From assembly GCA_025054755.1 (NCBI GenBank), contig JANWZH010000002.1, positions 1 to 41,195 on the forward strand: a stretch of 41,195 nucleotides of DNA, written 5' to 3'. The DNA is from Patescibacteria group bacterium. Its GTDB lineage: Bacteria > Patescibacteriota > Minisyncoccia > UBA6257 > 2-01-FULL-56-20. The number at the start of each line of letters is the position of its first letter. Position 1 is the stretch's first letter. The notes beneath the pieces are model-generated. The model made no database searches, had not been told where the DNA came from, and saw nothing but the letters and a program-made list of their open reading frames with translations. This document shows positions 31,269-39,663 of this stretch, piece by piece. Position numbers and translations under genes: made by a program.

Positions 31269-32743
31269 CTCTTTTTATAAAAAACGCTAAAATTTTAAAT
31301 ATTGATAAAAATAACAAATTAGATATTTTAATTAGTGGCAATAAAATATCAGCTATTGGTAATTTTTATAATAAAAAAGCTGATAAAATTATTGATGCTG
31401 ATGGAAGTTATGTTTCTTATGGTTTTATTGATATTTATAATGAATTAGATCATAATTTTAAAATTTTTTCTTCAGGTTTTGATATTGTTCAAGAAGGAGT
31501 TTTAAATGTTTTAATTGGTCATAGTGGAATATCGTTAGTACCAATTTTTTATTATTTTGATGGTTTTAAAAAATATTCTTCTGGTTATGGTATTAATTTA
31601 AATTGGCAAGATTTAAATCAATTTAATGATTTTTTGTATAAACAAAATAAAAATTTGAATTTTAAAACTTTGGTTGGTTTTCAAAATTTAAAACATTTAA
31701 TTTTAAGAAATAAAAATCGTAATTTAAATCAGAAAGAGTTTTTAATATTTTTAGATATCTTAAATAATATTTTAAAAAGTGAAATTTTAGGCTTATCTCT
31801 TGATTGGGAAAATATTGAATTAGAATTTTTGACCTTAAAACAATTAGAAAATATTGCTAATACTATTTCAAAAAATTCTAAAATTTTATCTATTACTTTG
31901 CCAAAAGAAAAAAATATTGAAAATATAGTTAAAATTTTAATCAATATTATATCTAAAACTAATGTTAAAATTTTATTGAATAATTATTTGGGTGGTTATT
32001 TAAATCATCAAACTAATTTAAATATTTTAAAATTATTAGAACAATTTTATCCCAATATATTTTTTACATTAAATCCTTACAAAATAGAAAATTATTTAAT
32101 TGATAAATTTTTGCCACTAAGAATTAAAAAAAATAGTTTAGAAAATATTTTAGAAATTATTTCGGATGAATGGTTTATAAAAAGAATTATAAATGAACTT
32201 CCTAATTTTAATTTAGAAGATATATTGATTTTTCAAACTGAAAACAATTTAAAGCATCATACTTTAAATAATAAACAACTTAAAGAAGTAATGAATTTAT
32301 ATGAAATTGATAATCCGAAATTGGCTTTATTAAAAATAATGTTAAATACTAAATTAAGAAGTGTTATTTTTGAAAAAAATATTGACTTTGACATTTTAAT
32401 TGATGCTTTACTTTCTAAAAATTCTTTTATTGGTTCTGGTTGGATATATTTAGATAATACTAAAAAAGTTTTTATAGATTATATTAATTTAATTTTATCT
32501 TATAAATTAATGAATTTTGATAATTTAATTCAAAAAATAACTTTATGCCCAGCAAAATTTTTAGGATTAAAAAATTATGATAATTTTCAAATAGGACGTG
32601 AGGCAGATTTAGTTGGTTTTGATATTATAAATAATGAAATTAAAATTAAATTTGTTATTTATCAAGGTAAAATTGTTATATTAAATAATAAGATTGAAAA
32701 TCAATTTCAGAAAAAGATAGAGCATGATTCTTTATTGAATTAA
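31265..32743 (+). CDS. Divergent amidohydrolase-superfamily protein (N-acyl-D-amino-acid deacylase-like), metal ligands apparently lost
   Basis: N-terminal IKNA.I..DILI.G.KI..IG..IDADG.YV..GFID and C-terminal KIT..PA.FLGL..G.EADLV.FD; the HxH after GFID reads YNE. Confidence 0.7.
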   Translation: MTLFIKNAKILNIDKNNKLDILISGNKISAIGNFYNKKADKIIDADGSYVSYGFIDIYNELDHNFKIFSSGFDIVQEGVLNVLIGHSGISLVPIFYYFDGFKKYSSGYGINLNWQDLNQFNDFLYKQNKNLNFKTLVGFQNLKHLILRNKNRNLNQKEFLIFLDILNNILKSEILGLSLDWENIELEFLTLKQLENIANTISKNSKILSITLPKEKNIENIVKILINIISKTNVKILLNNYLGGYLNHQTNLNILKLLEQFYPNIFFTLNPYKIENYLIDKFLPLRIKKNSLENILEIISDEWFIKRIINELPNFNLEDILIFQTENNLKHHTLNNKQLKEVMNLYEIDNPKLALLKIMLNTKLRSVIFEKNIDFDILIDALLSKNSFIGSGWIYLDNTKKVFIDYINLILSYKLMNFDNLIQKITLCPAKFLGLKNYDNFQIGREADLVGFDIINNEIKIKFVIYQGKIVILNNKIENQFQKKIEHDSLLN

Positions 32744-32773
32744 ATTTAAAATTATGATAAATTTTAGAATACA

Positions 32774-32845
32774 GGGCGCGTAGTTCAGTGGTAGAACGCC
32801 ATTCTGATAAAATGGAGGCCGATGGTTCGATTCCATCCGCGCCCA
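32774..32845 (+). tRNA. tRNA-Ile(GAU)
   Basis: GGGCGCG acceptor, anticodon arm CCATT-CTGATAA-AATGG, GTTCGATTC. Confidence 0.95.
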
Positions 32846-32955
32846 CAAATAGTATTGATACTATTTAATTTTGGAATATTAAAATCTTAATTTTTTATTT
32901 TTAATTTTTTTTGATAAAATTTAACAAATTATTATAATAAAAAAATAATTTTAAA

Positions 32956-34449
32956 ATGGTAATTAAGGTTTTAGAAAATTTAAATAAAGATAAAACATTG
33001 ATTTTGGTGATTAAAGAAAATGATTTAATTAAAAATCATCCATTTTGGAATTTTTTTAATATTTATGATCAAAAATATATATTAAATTTTTTAAAAAATA
33101 ATAAAATTAATTCTTCTAGTGTTTATCATTTATTTCTGCCAAGTAATCGAGAAATTGTTTTAGTTGGCGAAGTTAAAAAAGAAAAATTTAATCATAGGAA
33201 AGCTATTATTTTGGCAAGAAAAATAATTCAGCAATCTAAAAATTTAAAAAAGAAACATATAATTTTAACCCTGAATGATTTTAAAGATAATAGTTTAATA
33301 TCTGATTTAGATTTGGCAAAAATTTTAGGAATTCAATTTGAAATTGCCAATTTTGAATTTATAGAATATAAGACTTTAATCAAAAACAATTTTTTTATTG
33401 AAGAAATTCAAATTATGGTAGATAAACAATTAAATAAAGATTTAATAAATAAAGCTTTGGAATTTGGTCAAGTTATTGGTTTAGAAATTAATGAGGCAAG
33501 AAAATTATCTAACACTCCTGGTGGAGAAATGACACCTCAAAAATTAGCTGATGCTGCTAAACAAGTTGCATTAAAATCTAATATTAAAGTTAAAATTTTA
33601 AATGAAAAACAAATTAGAAAAATTGGAATGTTTGGTATTTTAGGAGTAGCTCAAGGATCAATTGAAAAACCAAAATTTATTATTATGGAATATTTTGGCG
33701 AGGGAAAAGATGAAAATCCAGTAGTTTTAGTTGGGAAGGGCGTTACTTTTGATACTGGAGGTTTAAATTTAAAACCAGCAGATGGAATGTATGAAATGCA
33801 TATGGATATGTCTGGAGGCGCTTCTGTTATCCATATTATTTCTGCATTAGCAAAGTTAAAAATTAAAAAAAATATTATTGGTTTAATTCCTGCTGTAGAA
33901 AATATGCCATCTGGATCAAGTTATAGACCAGGAGATTTATTAAAAAGTTTATCAGGTAAAACTATTGAGGTTTTAAATACTGATGCAGAAGGTAGAATTA
34001 TTTTAGCTGATGCATTAACTTATGCTCAAAAATTTTATAATCCAAGTTTAATTATTGATTTAGCTACCTTAACTGGAGCAGCAATGGTTGCATTAGGCCA
34101 ACGCGCTTCAGCTATTTTTAGTAATAATGAAGATTTAATTTATAAATTGCAAAAAGCTGGGGAAGAGGTTGGAGATTTTGTTTGGCCTTTACCTTTATGG
34201 GAAGAATATGAAAAAGATATTTTAGGTACATTTGGAGATATATCAAATGCTCCTAAAAATAGATATGGGGGAGCGATTGCTGGTGCAATGTTTTTATATC
34301 AATTTGTTAAAAATGAAAATAATGAAATTTCTTGGATTCATATTGATATTGCTCCTAGAATGACTTCAATTGATGGAGATTATTTAGCTAAAGGGTCAGT
34401 TGGGCCTGGCATAGCTTTGATATTTTGGTTTATTAATAAATTTTTGTAA
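32956..34449 (+). CDS. pepA: Leucyl aminopeptidase (M17 family)
   Basis: VGKGVTFDTGG, M..DMSGGA, ENMPSG, NTDAEGRIILAD, ATLTGA. Confidence 0.95.
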   Translation: MVIKVLENLNKDKTLILVIKENDLIKNHPFWNFFNIYDQKYILNFLKNNKINSSSVYHLFLPSNREIVLVGEVKKEKFNHRKAIILARKIIQQSKNLKKKHIILTLNDFKDNSLISDLDLAKILGIQFEIANFEFIEYKTLIKNNFFIEEIQIMVDKQLNKDLINKALEFGQVIGLEINEARKLSNTPGGEMTPQKLADAAKQVALKSNIKVKILNEKQIRKIGMFGILGVAQGSIEKPKFIIMEYFGEGKDENPVVLVGKGVTFDTGGLNLKPADGMYEMHMDMSGGASVIHIISALAKLKIKKNIIGLIPAVENMPSGSSYRPGDLLKSLSGKTIEVLNTDAEGRIILADALTYAQKFYNPSLIIDLATLTGAAMVALGQRASAIFSNNEDLIYKLQKAGEEVGDFVWPLPLWEEYEKDILGTFGDISNAPKNRYGGAIAGAMFLYQFVKNENNEISWIHIDIAPRMTSIDGDYLAKGSVGPGIALIFWFINKFL

Positions 34450-34457
34450 ATAAAAAG

Positions 34458-35033
34458 ATGATTATTGTTTTTACAGGAGATGGAAAAGGTAAAACTACAG
34501 CTTCTATTGGTCAAATGATTCGTGTAATCGGTCGAGGCAAAAACGCTTTAATGCTTCAATTTATTAAAGGTCCTTGGCGATCTGGCGAAGATGAATTTTC
34601 TGATATTTTTAATTTTTTTAAATTGAATAATTTAAAGTTAAAATATAAAAAAAATAAATTAAAAAAACTTGGTAAATTTAAAATTATTAAAGGCGGATTA
34701 GGCTTTGTTGGAATTTTAGGAGATAAACTACCTTTTAAAAAACACAAATTAGCTGCCCTGAAAACATTTGAATTATTTAAAAAAGAACTTAATAAAAATA
34801 AATGGGATTTAATTGTGCTAGATGAAATTAATGTTGCTTTAAATTTAAAATTATTAAAACTTAAAGATATTATTTCAACTATCAAAAACTTCCCCAAAGA
34901 GAAAATATTGATTTTATCAGGCAGAGGAGCTCCAAAACAATTAATTAAATTAGCTGATTTAGTTACTGAAACTAAATCTATTAAACATCCATTTGATAAG
35001 GGGATTTTAGCTAAAGTTATAGTAGAATTTTAG
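34458..35033 (+). CDS. cobO: Cob(I)alamin/corrinoid adenosyltransferase (CobA/CobO/BtuR family)
   Basis: VFTGDGKGKTTA, QFIKG, DLIVLDEIN, SGRGAP, ADLVTE, KHPF. Confidence 0.9.
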   Translation: MIIVFTGDGKGKTTASIGQMIRVIGRGKNALMLQFIKGPWRSGEDEFSDIFNFFKLNNLKLKYKKNKLKKLGKFKIIKGGLGFVGILGDKLPFKKHKLAALKTFELFKKELNKNKWDLIVLDEINVALNLKLLKLKDIISTIKNFPKEKILILSGRGAPKQLIKLADLVTETKSIKHPFDKGILAKVIVEF

Positions 35034-35069
35034 TTGACTAAATTATAAAATTGTTTATAATTAAGTCAA
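35034..35069. promoter_or_regulatory. 36-bp palindrome that reads TTGACT-N16-TATAAT on both strands
   Basis: ttgactaaattataaa-attg-tttataattaagtcaa; 15 of 16 arm positions are complementary. Confidence 0.7.
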
Positions 35070-35085
35070 GTGTTAAATTATATTT

Positions 35086-36114
35086 ATGATTTTAGTAAAT
35101 AAATTAATAGAAAAATTAATATCTGATTTAAATAATAAACAAAAAGAAGTTATTATTAAAAGGTTTGGTTTAGATAATAATAATTTTAAAACTCTTTCAG
35201 CACTAGGAAGACAATTTAATGTCACTCGTGAAAGAATTCGTCAAATTCAAAATACAGCCTTAAATTTAATTAAATTAAAAGCCCAAAATGATTTAGGCTT
35301 TCAAGAATTTATAAATCAAGCTGAAAAGATTTTAAGGAATAATGGTGGCCTAACTAGATTAGATATTTTTTTAGAAGAATTAAAAAAAATATTTAATGAT
35401 TTAAATAAAAATAATTTATTATTTTTAATCAATCTTTCTTCTAAAATTAAATTTTATGAAGAAGATAAAAATTATTACTCTTTTTATTATTTAGAAAATA
35501 GTGATTTAAAAAATATTTTTAATTTTGTAAATAAATGGATTAATTTATTAAAATCTAAAAAGAAATTGGTTTTAGATGGTGGATATCATAAGTTATTTGA
35601 TGAATTTATTAAAAAAGAAAAAGTTCCTAAAAATTTTTCAATTAATTTTATAAGTATTTCTAAAAAAATAAAAGTTAATACATATGGTGATATTGGCTTA
35701 GTAGATTGGCCAGAAATTGAACCTAAGGTTATTCGCGATAAAATTTATTTAGTTTTAAAAAAGAAAAAGCAACCAGTTCATTTTAGTCATATTAGCAAAT
35801 TAATTAGTGATGCTAATTTAAGTGTTAAACAAATTTCAACCCCAACTATTCATAATGAATTAATAAAAGATAAAAGATTTGTTTTAGTTGGTAGAGGAAT
35901 TTATGCTTTAAGAGAATGGGGCTATGATGATGGGACAGTTAAAGATATTATTATAAAGCTTCTAAAAAAAGAAGGTCCAATGAAGTCAAAAGAAATTGTT
36001 TTAGCGCTTCAAAAAGATAGATTTTTTAAGCAAAATACTATTTTAGCTAATTTGCAAAATAAGAATTATTTTAAAAGATTGTCTGATGGCACTTATAAAA
36101 TTAAAGAAGCCTAA
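35086..36114 (+). CDS. Sigma70 region 4-like HTH protein fused to an RNA polymerase delta-like (HARE-HTH) winged helix
   Basis: N-terminal KRFGL...TLSALGRQFNVTRERIRQIQ; C-terminal PVHF..I, TIHNELIKDKRFVLVGRGIYALREWG; no sigma region 2 visible. Confidence 0.8.
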   Translation: MILVNKLIEKLISDLNNKQKEVIIKRFGLDNNNFKTLSALGRQFNVTRERIRQIQNTALNLIKLKAQNDLGFQEFINQAEKILRNNGGLTRLDIFLEELKKIFNDLNKNNLLFLINLSSKIKFYEEDKNYYSFYYLENSDLKNIFNFVNKWINLLKSKKKLVLDGGYHKLFDEFIKKEKVPKNFSINFISISKKIKVNTYGDIGLVDWPEIEPKVIRDKIYLVLKKKKQPVHFSHISKLISDANLSVKQISTPTIHNELIKDKRFVLVGRGIYALREWGYDDGTVKDIIIKLLKKEGPMKSKEIVLALQKDRFFKQNTILANLQNKNYFKRLSDGTYKIKEA

Positions 36115-36152
36115 TTTGTTATATTTTTGAATATGCTTTTAAAAATTAAAAA

Positions 36153-37454
36153 ATGATTTATTATGTCATAAATAGTTTTTTGAATATTTTTTTTATTTTT
36201 TTAAAATTAAGCTGGTGGTTTTGGCTATTTTTAATTTTAGTACCTTTATTTAAATCAACATTTTTGCATTGGAGACAAGAAAGATTTCGCTATGGTAAAT
36301 CTTTTAATATGATTGTTTTAGAAATTAAAATTCCTAGAGAAATTAAACAAAATCCTAAAGCAATGGAACAAATTTTAGTAGCTTTGCATTCATTACGTAA
36401 TGCTCCTGGAACTTTTAGAGAAAAATGGATTGATGGAGAAATTACGGTTTGGTTTTCTTTAGAATTAATAAGTATTGGAGGAAATATAAAATTTTTTATT
36501 CGTTGTCAGGAATCTAAAAAATCTTTAGTGGAATCAGCTTTTTATTCTTATTATCCAGAAATAGAATTGATTGAAGTTGATGATTATGTTTTGAATTTGC
36601 CTCAAAATATGATTGAAGTTGAAGATCGAGGAATGGATTTATGGGGCACAGAAATGTTTTTAGCTAAAGAAGAGGCTTATCCTATTAAAACTTATTCTGA
36701 TTTTGAATCTTCAGAAGAAACAAAACAATATGACCCAATATCTTCTTTTTTAGAATTTTTTGGCAAGATTCAAAAAGAAGAATTTTTGGGTTTGCAATTT
36801 ATTCTTGCTCCAGCTGCTCCTGATTGGAATAAAAAATATGAAAAATTAGTAGAAGATTTAAAAAAGAATAAATCATCTAATTCAAATAGTCCAGATCAAA
36901 ATGCCCCGCAATCTTATAACCGAACACCAAAAGAAATAGATGTTTTAAAAAAGGTTGAAGAAAACTTATCAAAACTAGCATTTAATACTTTAATTAGATT
37001 TATATATTTATCTCCAAAACCAATTTTTAATAATGCTTATGCGAGAATAGGTTTAAATAGTTCATTTAATCAATATTCTTCCATAGAATTAAATTCGTTT
37101 AAAGCAAATAAAGAAGTTACTACCGGGGCAAAAATTTGGGATCCTCCATATATTTTCCCTCAAAAAAGAAGTTGGTATCGTAAGGCGGTTTTTTTGAATG
37201 ATTATATTCAAAGAAATTGTCCCCCAGAAACCTTTATGGGTAAATTAATTACTTCTTATATTTTTAGATTGAATTTTGGTTCTAAAAGATTCTTAATGAC
37301 AACTCAATGTTTAGCAACGTTGTTTCATCCACCGACTTCTTTAGTTTTATTAAACGAAACACATATAGAGAAAATTCAAAGTCGTAAAGTTGGCCCGCCG
37401 CCTAATCTTGCTATTTTTGGAGAAGAAAAAGATATTGAAAAATTTTATGAATAA
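36153..37454 (+). CDS. Membrane-anchored protein resembling the N-terminal part of CPR TraG/TraD-like proteins
   Basis: N-terminal TM, LEIKIPRE...P.AMEQ, FSLE, YPEIE..EVDDY, YPIKTY, LATLFHPP; family assignment from recollection. Confidence 0.6.
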   Translation: MIYYVINSFLNIFFIFLKLSWWFWLFLILVPLFKSTFLHWRQERFRYGKSFNMIVLEIKIPREIKQNPKAMEQILVALHSLRNAPGTFREKWIDGEITVWFSLELISIGGNIKFFIRCQESKKSLVESAFYSYYPEIELIEVDDYVLNLPQNMIEVEDRGMDLWGTEMFLAKEEAYPIKTYSDFESSEETKQYDPISSFLEFFGKIQKEEFLGLQFILAPAAPDWNKKYEKLVEDLKKNKSSNSNSPDQNAPQSYNRTPKEIDVLKKVEENLSKLAFNTLIRFIYLSPKPIFNNAYARIGLNSSFNQYSSIELNSFKANKEVTTGAKIWDPPYIFPQKRSWYRKAVFLNDYIQRNCPPETFMGKLITSYIFRLNFGSKRFLMTTQCLATLFHPPTSLVLLNETHIEKIQSRKVGPPPNLAIFGEEKDIEKFYE

Positions 37455-37959
37455 TCGAATTGATTTACAAATTATTTTTGGAAAATTTTTTGATTTATAT
37501 AATTTAGTAAGTTGGATTTTTATTATTTTAGATTTAATATTAATTTTTGGTTTTGCATTTTCTTTTTATCAAGCTTGGAAATTTAGGCCTAAAATTGTTT
37601 CTAAAAGAATGAAAACTCCAATAGTAAGTTTGCAAAAAGAAATTTATCGTGCTAAGTGGTTTGATATAATAAATAAGTTTGAGGTTGGTACTTTAGAAGC
37701 TATGAAAATAGCATTAATTCAATCAGATAATTTAGTAGATTTAATTTTAAAAGATTTAAAAATTAAGGGTCAAACACTAAGTGAAAAATTATCTAAAATT
37801 CATCCTGAAAGCTTAGAATCTTTAAAAGATTTATGGGAAGCTCATCATATAGTGGGTGATATTATACAAAATCCAAATTATGATTTAAATAAAGAAGATG
37901 CTCAAAAAATTTTAAGTTATTATGAAAGATTTTTAAAAGAAATTGGAGTTATTATTTAA
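37447..37959 (+). CDS. Hypothetical single-pass membrane protein
   Basis: ATG at 37447 overlaps the upstream gene end; one TM then helical domain (ALIQSD.LVD.IL, GQTLSEKL, LWEAH). Confidence 0.65.
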   Translation: MNNRIDLQIIFGKFFDLYNLVSWIFIILDLILIFGFAFSFYQAWKFRPKIVSKRMKTPIVSLQKEIYRAKWFDIINKFEVGTLEAMKIALIQSDNLVDLILKDLKIKGQTLSEKLSKIHPESLESLKDLWEAHHIVGDIIQNPNYDLNKEDAQKILSYYERFLKEIGVII

Positions 37960-37970
37960 TAAATTTTAAA

Positions 37971-39302
37971 ATGTTAAAAGATAATAAAATTCAAAGAGTA
38001 AAATATGCTTCGCCTCCGCCTGGTCTTCCAATTTATGGTCAGGTTAATCACAAAAAGGCAACTTTTATAGGAATAACTAATTATATTTCTAGTTTAGAAG
38101 AAAAAAAATTTTTATTTGCTATAAAAAGATCGGACAGGAAAAATCATATTAATATTGTTGGTAAAAGTGGAGTTGGAAAATCTAAAATGCTTGAAGTAAT
38201 GATTAGGCAAGATGTTTTTAATGATTATGGGCTATGTTTATTTGATTTTAATGGTGATGTTGTAAATAATTTACTTGATTTCATTCCAGAAAATAAAGTT
38301 GATGATGTAATTTTAATAGATTTTTCGAATAAAAATTGTAATATATTGTTTAATCCATTGTATGATATTAATCCAAATTTTAAGCATCATTTTGTTAATG
38401 GTTTAATTGAGGTTTTTAAAAATCAATTTGGAGAAAATTGGAGTTGGACACCAAGAATGGAACATTTATTTAGATTTGCCTTGCTATTATTATTAGAATA
38501 TCCTGAAGCTACGTTAAAAGACATGATTTTTATTTTAAATGATAAAAATTTTAGAGAAAAAATTATAAATTATTCTAATGATAAAATTGATATTTTAATT
38601 AAGAATTTTTGGCTAAATGATTTTGAAAATTTATCTAAATTTAAAAATTTTAATGACGAAGTTATGATTCCTTTAATTAATAAAATTTCTAATTTAATGT
38701 CTAATCCATTTTTGAATAATATTTTTAGTAATAAAAAAAATAAAATTGATTTTAATGATTTTGTTAATAATAAAAAAATTGTTTTAATTAATTTAGCTAG
38801 TCAATTTTTAGGTAAAAATGAAGCTACTTTTTTGGGTTTAATTTTGCTTTTAAAATTAAAAGAAGCAGGGTTTTTGCGAGTAGGTTTAAAAAATATAAGT
38901 GAATTTTATTTGTATATTGATGATTTTTATATAATGAACAATAAAATTTTTGAAGATTTTTTAATTAATTCTAAAAAATACAATTTTTATTTAACTCTAT
39001 CTTATAATCAAATTAGTCAATTTGATCAAAGTGTAAGAAATAATATTTTAAATATGGTAGGAACAAATATTATATTTAGAATTACAAACGAAGATGCTCA
39101 AATTTTTAAGAATGAAATGTCTCCAGTTTTTGATGTTAAAGATATGATTAATTTAGGCAATGAAGAATTCTATATTAAAATGATAGTTGATGGCGAAACA
39201 AAAGATCCTTTTTCAGCTAATAGTTTAAAAATTTTAAAACCGCCTTATCCTTCAAATAAAAATAAAATTATTAGTAATTGTTTAAAAATTTTATGTGAGT
39301 AA
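37971..39302 (+). CDS. TraD/TrwB/HerA-like P-loop ATPase (type IV coupling protein-like), degenerate motifs
   Basis: DR..HINIVGKSGVGKS Walker A, FNPL, PRMEH, KIVLINL, FYLYIDDF Walker B, FR...EDA. Confidence 0.8.
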   Translation: MLKDNKIQRVKYASPPPGLPIYGQVNHKKATFIGITNYISSLEEKKFLFAIKRSDRKNHINIVGKSGVGKSKMLEVMIRQDVFNDYGLCLFDFNGDVVNNLLDFIPENKVDDVILIDFSNKNCNILFNPLYDINPNFKHHFVNGLIEVFKNQFGENWSWTPRMEHLFRFALLLLLEYPEATLKDMIFILNDKNFREKIINYSNDKIDILIKNFWLNDFENLSKFKNFNDEVMIPLINKISNLMSNPFLNNIFSNKKNKIDFNDFVNNKKIVLINLASQFLGKNEATFLGLILLLKLKEAGFLRVGLKNISEFYLYIDDFYIMNNKIFEDFLINSKKYNFYLTLSYNQISQFDQSVRNNILNMVGTNIIFRITNEDAQIFKNEMSPVFDVKDMINLGNEEFYIKMIVDGETKDPFSANSLKILKPPYPSNKNKIISNCLKILCE

Positions 39303-39306
39303 TTTT

Positions 39307-39378
39307 GCCAGAGTAGCTCAGTGGTAGAGCAGTCCCTTCGTAAGGGAAAGGTCGTGGGTTCAAATCCCACCTCTGGCT
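39307..39378 (+). tRNA. tRNA-Thr(CGU)
   Basis: GCCAGAG acceptor, anticodon loop TTCGTAA, GTTCAAATC. Confidence 0.93.
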
Positions 39379-39485
39379 CAAAATATTAATTTTTATTAAA
39401 AATAAATAAAATATAAATAATAAATGTTTTATTTTTTATTGGAAATACTTGAAAAATTTTTATTTTTAGTTTTATATATAAGTAG

Positions 39486-39570
39486 GCCCGGGTGGCGGAA
39501 TTGGTATACGCAAAGGACTTAAAATCCTTGTCCCCTCGTGGGATTGTGGGTTCGAGTCCCACCCCGGGCA
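39486..39570 (+). tRNA. tRNA-Leu(UAA)
   Basis: GCCCGGG acceptor, anticodon arm AAGGA-CTTAAAA-TCCTT, long variable arm, GTTCGAGTC. Confidence 0.96.
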
Positions 39571-39663
39571 CAATTTATCTTCTATTGTTATAAAATTTTA
39601 ATTGAATTCAAATAATGATCTTGTTAAAATTACTTTATTACTTTGAAACAATTTTTAATTTCT

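Noticed and set aside
31729..31944. 71-aa minus-strand ORF
   Set aside because: Antisense shadow of an AT-rich gene.
34556..34897. 113-aa minus-strand ORF downstream of the palindromic promoter
   Set aside because: Fully antisense to cobO, with no recognisable motifs; not supportable as a gene without expression data.
36153..39378. Integrative conjugative element inserted at tRNA-Thr
   Set aside because: No integrase, relaxase, att duplication or compositional shift is visible.
39386..39571. 61-aa minus-strand ORF
   Set aside because: Antisense to tRNA-Leu and AT-rich spacer.
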